A DNA stretch of 64,000 bases. It comes from Petroclostridium sp. X23 (GTDB lineage Bacteria; Bacillota; Clostridia; SK-Y3). The stretch covers positions 1,241,051 to 1,305,050 of the forward strand of contig NZ_CP124862.1 in assembly GCF_030013905.1 (NCBI RefSeq). Direction: 5' to 3'. Made by a program: the position numbers and the translations under genes. Positions 61,486 through 64,000 of the stretch are shown piece after piece; position 1 is the stretch's first letter; each line of letters begins with the position of its first letter. A model generated the notes under the pieces. The model saw only the letters and a program-made list of their open reading frames with translations. It was not told the DNA's origin and made no database searches.

Positions 61486-62580
61486 TTATTTGGATAGATC
61501 CGTTTTTTCTATCATCGCTTTATATTTTTCGTGATTATCCAGATAGAATTCTTTAAAATCATCTCCACCTTTAAATTGACAGAACATCCCTGCTTTTAGA
61601 GCCTCTTTTTGATATTCCGGATCATCATAGGCTGCTTTGAAAGCATCCGCAAGGACACTTGCAACTTCTTCTGACACACCTGCAGGGGCTGCAATTCCTC
61701 TCCACATCGTATGTTCAAAATCCAATCCCGATTCCTTAACAGTGGGGATATCCTTAGCTAGTTCAAATCTTTCAGAGCTAGTGATAGCTATTGGAATTAC
61801 ATTGCTCGCTTGAATTTGAGGGAGAGCTTCCGATACGAATGGTACTGCAACATCACAGTCACCGCTTGCTATCGCATTGATTGCTGCCGCCCCACCTTGG
61901 AATACCATTCTTTTCATTTTAATTCCTGTTTGTTCTTCCAGCTTAATTTTTAAGAAATCCCAACTCGTCCACGCGCCACCGATACCAAATGTCATCTCAC
62001 CCGGTTTCTCTTTTGCTTTCGCAATAAGTTGTTCGATATTTGTTATACCGGATTTTTTACTTGCAACGATAATGTGCGGATCAGCAGCAATTTCTACAAT
62101 AGGAGTAAAAGAATCCGCATTATAAGAAATGCCTTCAAATAGCAAATTGTCGTTCGAGTTGGTAGATGCAAAATATCCTAAGGTATAGCCGTCATTTTTT
62201 GAATCAGCTAATTGTGTCAAACCAACAGTACCACTTCCACCCGTTACATTGTTAACTACTATTTTTTGGCCCAAATGCTTTTCAGCATATTTAGAGATCA
62301 TACGTATGGAAATATCTGCACCTCCGCCTGCACCGAAAGGAACAATCATTTTAATAGTAGTTTCAGGATACTTACTTTCACTTTTAGCTGCTACATTTGT
62401 TGTATTCCCTTGATTCGCAGAAGTATCTTGCGCAGGAGCACCTTGCTTGCTGCCTGCACCAATCCCGCATGCCGTAAAAAACATCACCATTGTTGCCGCC
62501 AGAATAACTGCCATCATTCTTTTCATCATCTTTCTCCTCCTATAATAATAAATAATTTGTATGAATCTATTTGAATTCAA
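61486..62580 (-). CDS. tctC: TctC/Bug-family substrate-binding lipoprotein, second locus
   Basis: Lipobox MVMFFTACG. The likely true start is ATGATG at 62529 behind AGGAGGAG; the listed start at 62580 lies inside a leader palindrome. Confidence 0.7.
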   Translation of the reverse strand: MNSNRFIQIIYYYRRRKMMKRMMAVILAATMVMFFTACGIGAGSKQGAPAQDTSANQGNTTNVAAKSESKYPETTIKMIVPFGAGGGADISIRMISKYAEKHLGQKIVVNNVTGGSGTVGLTQLADSKNDGYTLGYFASTNSNDNLLFEGISYNADSFTPIVEIAADPHIIVASKKSGITNIEQLIAKAKEKPGEMTFGIGGAWTSWDFLKIKLEEQTGIKMKRMVFQGGAAAINAIASGDCDVAVPFVSEALPQIQASNVIPIAITSSERFELAKDIPTVKESGLDFEHTMWRGIAAPAGVSEEVASVLADAFKAAYDDPEYQKEALKAGMFCQFKGGDDFKEFYLDNHEKYKAMIEKTDLSK

Positions 62581-62630
62581 ATAGATTTATTGATTGAATG
62601 ATCCGGTGTGTAACCACCATTCAATCAAGG
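62564..62630 (-). promoter_or_regulatory. Two consecutive palindromes in the tctC-2 leader
   Basis: 24-bp perfect palindrome AATCTATTTGAATTCAAATAGATT (62564-62587). 11-bp stem ttgattgaatg...cattcaatcaa (62590-62630). Both lie between the sigma-54 promoter and the start codon. Confidence 0.4.
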
Positions 62631-62682
62631 ATATTTTATGCCTCACACTTCGAGGCCTACCCTCTGCTTCACACTACTATAT

Positions 62683-62698
62683 TGCAAATATTATGCCA
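62683..62698 (-). promoter_or_regulatory. Sigma-54 (-24/-12) promoter for the second TTT/amidohydrolase operon
   Basis: Minus strand: TGGCAT-aatat-TTGCA. Three ATTGCATA direct repeats at 62828, 62851 and 62873 lie 130-190 bp upstream (candidate UAS). Confidence 0.6.
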
Positions 62699-62924
62699 TT
62701 TAAATTGGGTTTTTCTTTTTAAATGTTTTTATGTATAAATATAACAAATTTTTATTTAAACTTATGTTCAACATATACAAATATAGTTCACGTATAAATT
62801 TTCATCCTACATACTTAACCAGATACGATTGCATATATACAATCATATTATTGCATAGTTACACGCTCCATATTGCATAAGTGCTTCAGTTTACCTTCAT
62901 TTAGTTTTGTGCATAATAAACAAA

Positions 62925-62960
62925 ACGTTATAACAGAAGACATTCCTTCTGTTATAACGC
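62925..62960 (-). terminator. Intrinsic terminator after the second sigma-54 activator gene
   Basis: gttataacagaag-acattc-cttctgttataac, then TTTTGTTTATT on the minus strand. Confidence 0.55.
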
Positions 62961-62982
62961 TTCAACCATTCCAGTAAAAACT

Positions 62983-64000
62983 TCATCCTATATTAATTTG
63001 ATATTTTTTTATTTTTCTCCATAGCGTACTTTTATCTATATTTAAAGACTCAGCCGTTTGTTTTCTATTGTAGTTGTGAGACTTTAGTGCCGCCAAAATG
63101 ATTTCTTTTTCTGTTTCCTGCAAAATATCGGAAACACTGTCAACAGGCTTCGGATCACTAGCTTTTATTTTAATCATCTCTGTATCACCATCATGATATA
63201 TTCCTAACGCATTGGTTACATCCCAGGCGCTCGCGTATTCATTTTCACACAATACACAAATCCGCTCACAGAAATTCCTGAGTTCTCTCACATTGCCCAT
63301 CCAGTTATGCGAAACAGCCATCGCCTGCGCCTCTTTATCCAACCCCTTCAAGATACATCCGGTTTTTTCCCGCTCAGCGGTGATATAATAATTTATCAAA
63401 TGTACAATATCTTCTTTGCGTTCTCTTATAGGAAAAACCGAAAGCTTAAGCACATCCAAACGATAAAGAAGGTCTTGGCGAAAATTACCTTTTTTTACCT
63501 CTTCGTGAAGATTTTTATTAGTAGCAGAAATTACTCTTACATCTATGGGGATGATCCGGTCATGCCCTAACCGGATAATTTCCCGTTCTTGTAAAACTCT
63601 TAGCAACCTTCCTTGTAGCTTAGGCGAAATATCGCCGATTTCATCCAGGAATATAGTCCCTTTATGAGCAATCTCAAACAAACCTACCTTCCCTCCTCTT
63701 GCCGCACCGGTAAAGGCTCCCTCCACATAACCGAACAACTCGCTTTCCAATAATTCATCAGGCAAAGCTGCGCAATTAATAGCGACAAAAGGACCATTCC
63801 TTCTTCTGCTATCATTATGTATGCTTTGTGCAAACAATTCTTTTCCTGTACCGGTTTCACCGAATATTAAAAGATTGGAATCAGAATCGCTGAATCTTTT
63901 TGCTATACGAATCGTTTCTTGCATCATCTTATCTTTGTATATGATATTGCCGAAACTATACTTTGCTACAAATCCTTTTTTATATATATTCTTACGTATT
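62983..64000 (-). CDS. Sigma-54-dependent transcriptional activator, partial (N-terminus beyond window end)
   Basis: AAA+ sigma-54 domain (GETGTGKE; GYVEGAFTGA). C-terminal HTH (TAESLNIDKSTLWRKIK). The reading frame stays open upstream of the listed Met and past the window end at 64000. Confidence 0.75.
   Translation of the reverse strand, partial: IRKNIYKKGFVAKYSFGNIIYKDKMMQETIRIAKRFSDSDSNLLIFGETGTGKELFAQSIHNDSRRRNGPFVAINCAALPDELLESELFGYVEGAFTGAARGGKVGLFEIAHKGTIFLDEIGDISPKLQGRLLRVLQEREIIRLGHDRIIPIDVRVISATNKNLHEEVKKGNFRQDLLYRLDVLKLSVFPIRERKEDIVHLINYYITAEREKTGCILKGLDKEAQAMAVSHNWMGNVRELRNFCERICVLCENEYASAWDVTNALGIYHDGDTEMIKIKASDPKPVDSVSDILQETEKEIILAALKSHNYNRKQTAESLNIDKSTLWRKIKKYQINIG

Noticed and set aside
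62530-62580. N-terminal 17 codons of the listed TctC-2 ORF (MNSNRFIQIIYYYRRRK)
   Set aside because: This stretch runs through the leader palindrome and lacks an RBS. ATGATG at 62529 with AGGAGGAG upstream gives a proper lipoprotein signal peptide. The same reasoning gives shortened starts at 10987, 34166, 35442, 44908, 51153 and an internal start for 59461.

Overview
This is a low-GC Firmicutes/Clostridia-type chromosomal window. It is gene-dense, and most coding sequence lies on the minus strand. The ORF track reports GTG and TTG starts as M; for several ORFs an internal start with a better RBS is noted in the evidence.

Recognisable content, in order:
- asnS (partial, runs off the window start).
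- A LysM-GH18 spore-cortex-type hydrolase.
- An orphan Ni-CODH (cooS) with an N-terminal extension.
- A three-gene signalling operon: a receiver-histidine kinase fusion, a 1180-aa hybrid histidine kinase (GAF domain, three receivers, a Gln/Glu-rich coiled coil carrying three 'LEEQQ' heptad motifs), and an N-terminally extended CheR-type methyltransferase.
- A GT-C glycosyltransferase / GtrA flippase / FAD-oxidoreductase envelope-glycosylation module.
- A DUF3810 (HEMAH) membrane protein.
- An NfeD-flotillin pair.
- An iorA-iorB-paaK aromatic 2-oxoacid module.
- An ECF transporter (EcfT, EcfA, EcfA', S component). The S-component leader carries eight GAG repeats plus an intrinsic terminator, which looks like a TRAP-type tryptophan attenuator.
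- nudC.
- A tandem WYL-domain regulator pair, then decayed tRNA-derived fragments, then a cytoplasmic SPFH protein and rtcB.
- A LacI-controlled rare-sugar ABC-uptake and catabolism operon: RpiB, 6-phospho-3-hexuloisomerase, PfkB kinase, a ketose 3-epimerase.
- A truncated duplicate of the 3' end of a ttcA-like gene, about 11 kb from the intact copy.
- An MFS pseudogene fragment and an orphan AAA ATPase.
- Two paralogous sigma-54-dependent TctABC loci, each with a PrpR-type sigma-54 activator, a clear TGGCAT-N5-TTGC promoter and candidate upstream activator sites.
- Four intergenic copies of a MITE-like repeat family with terminal inverted repeats 'TATAGGAGGTTGTGAAAAAG'.

No CRISPR array, rRNA or intact tRNA gene was seen. 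All calls rest on reading motifs and translations by eye; no database search was possible.
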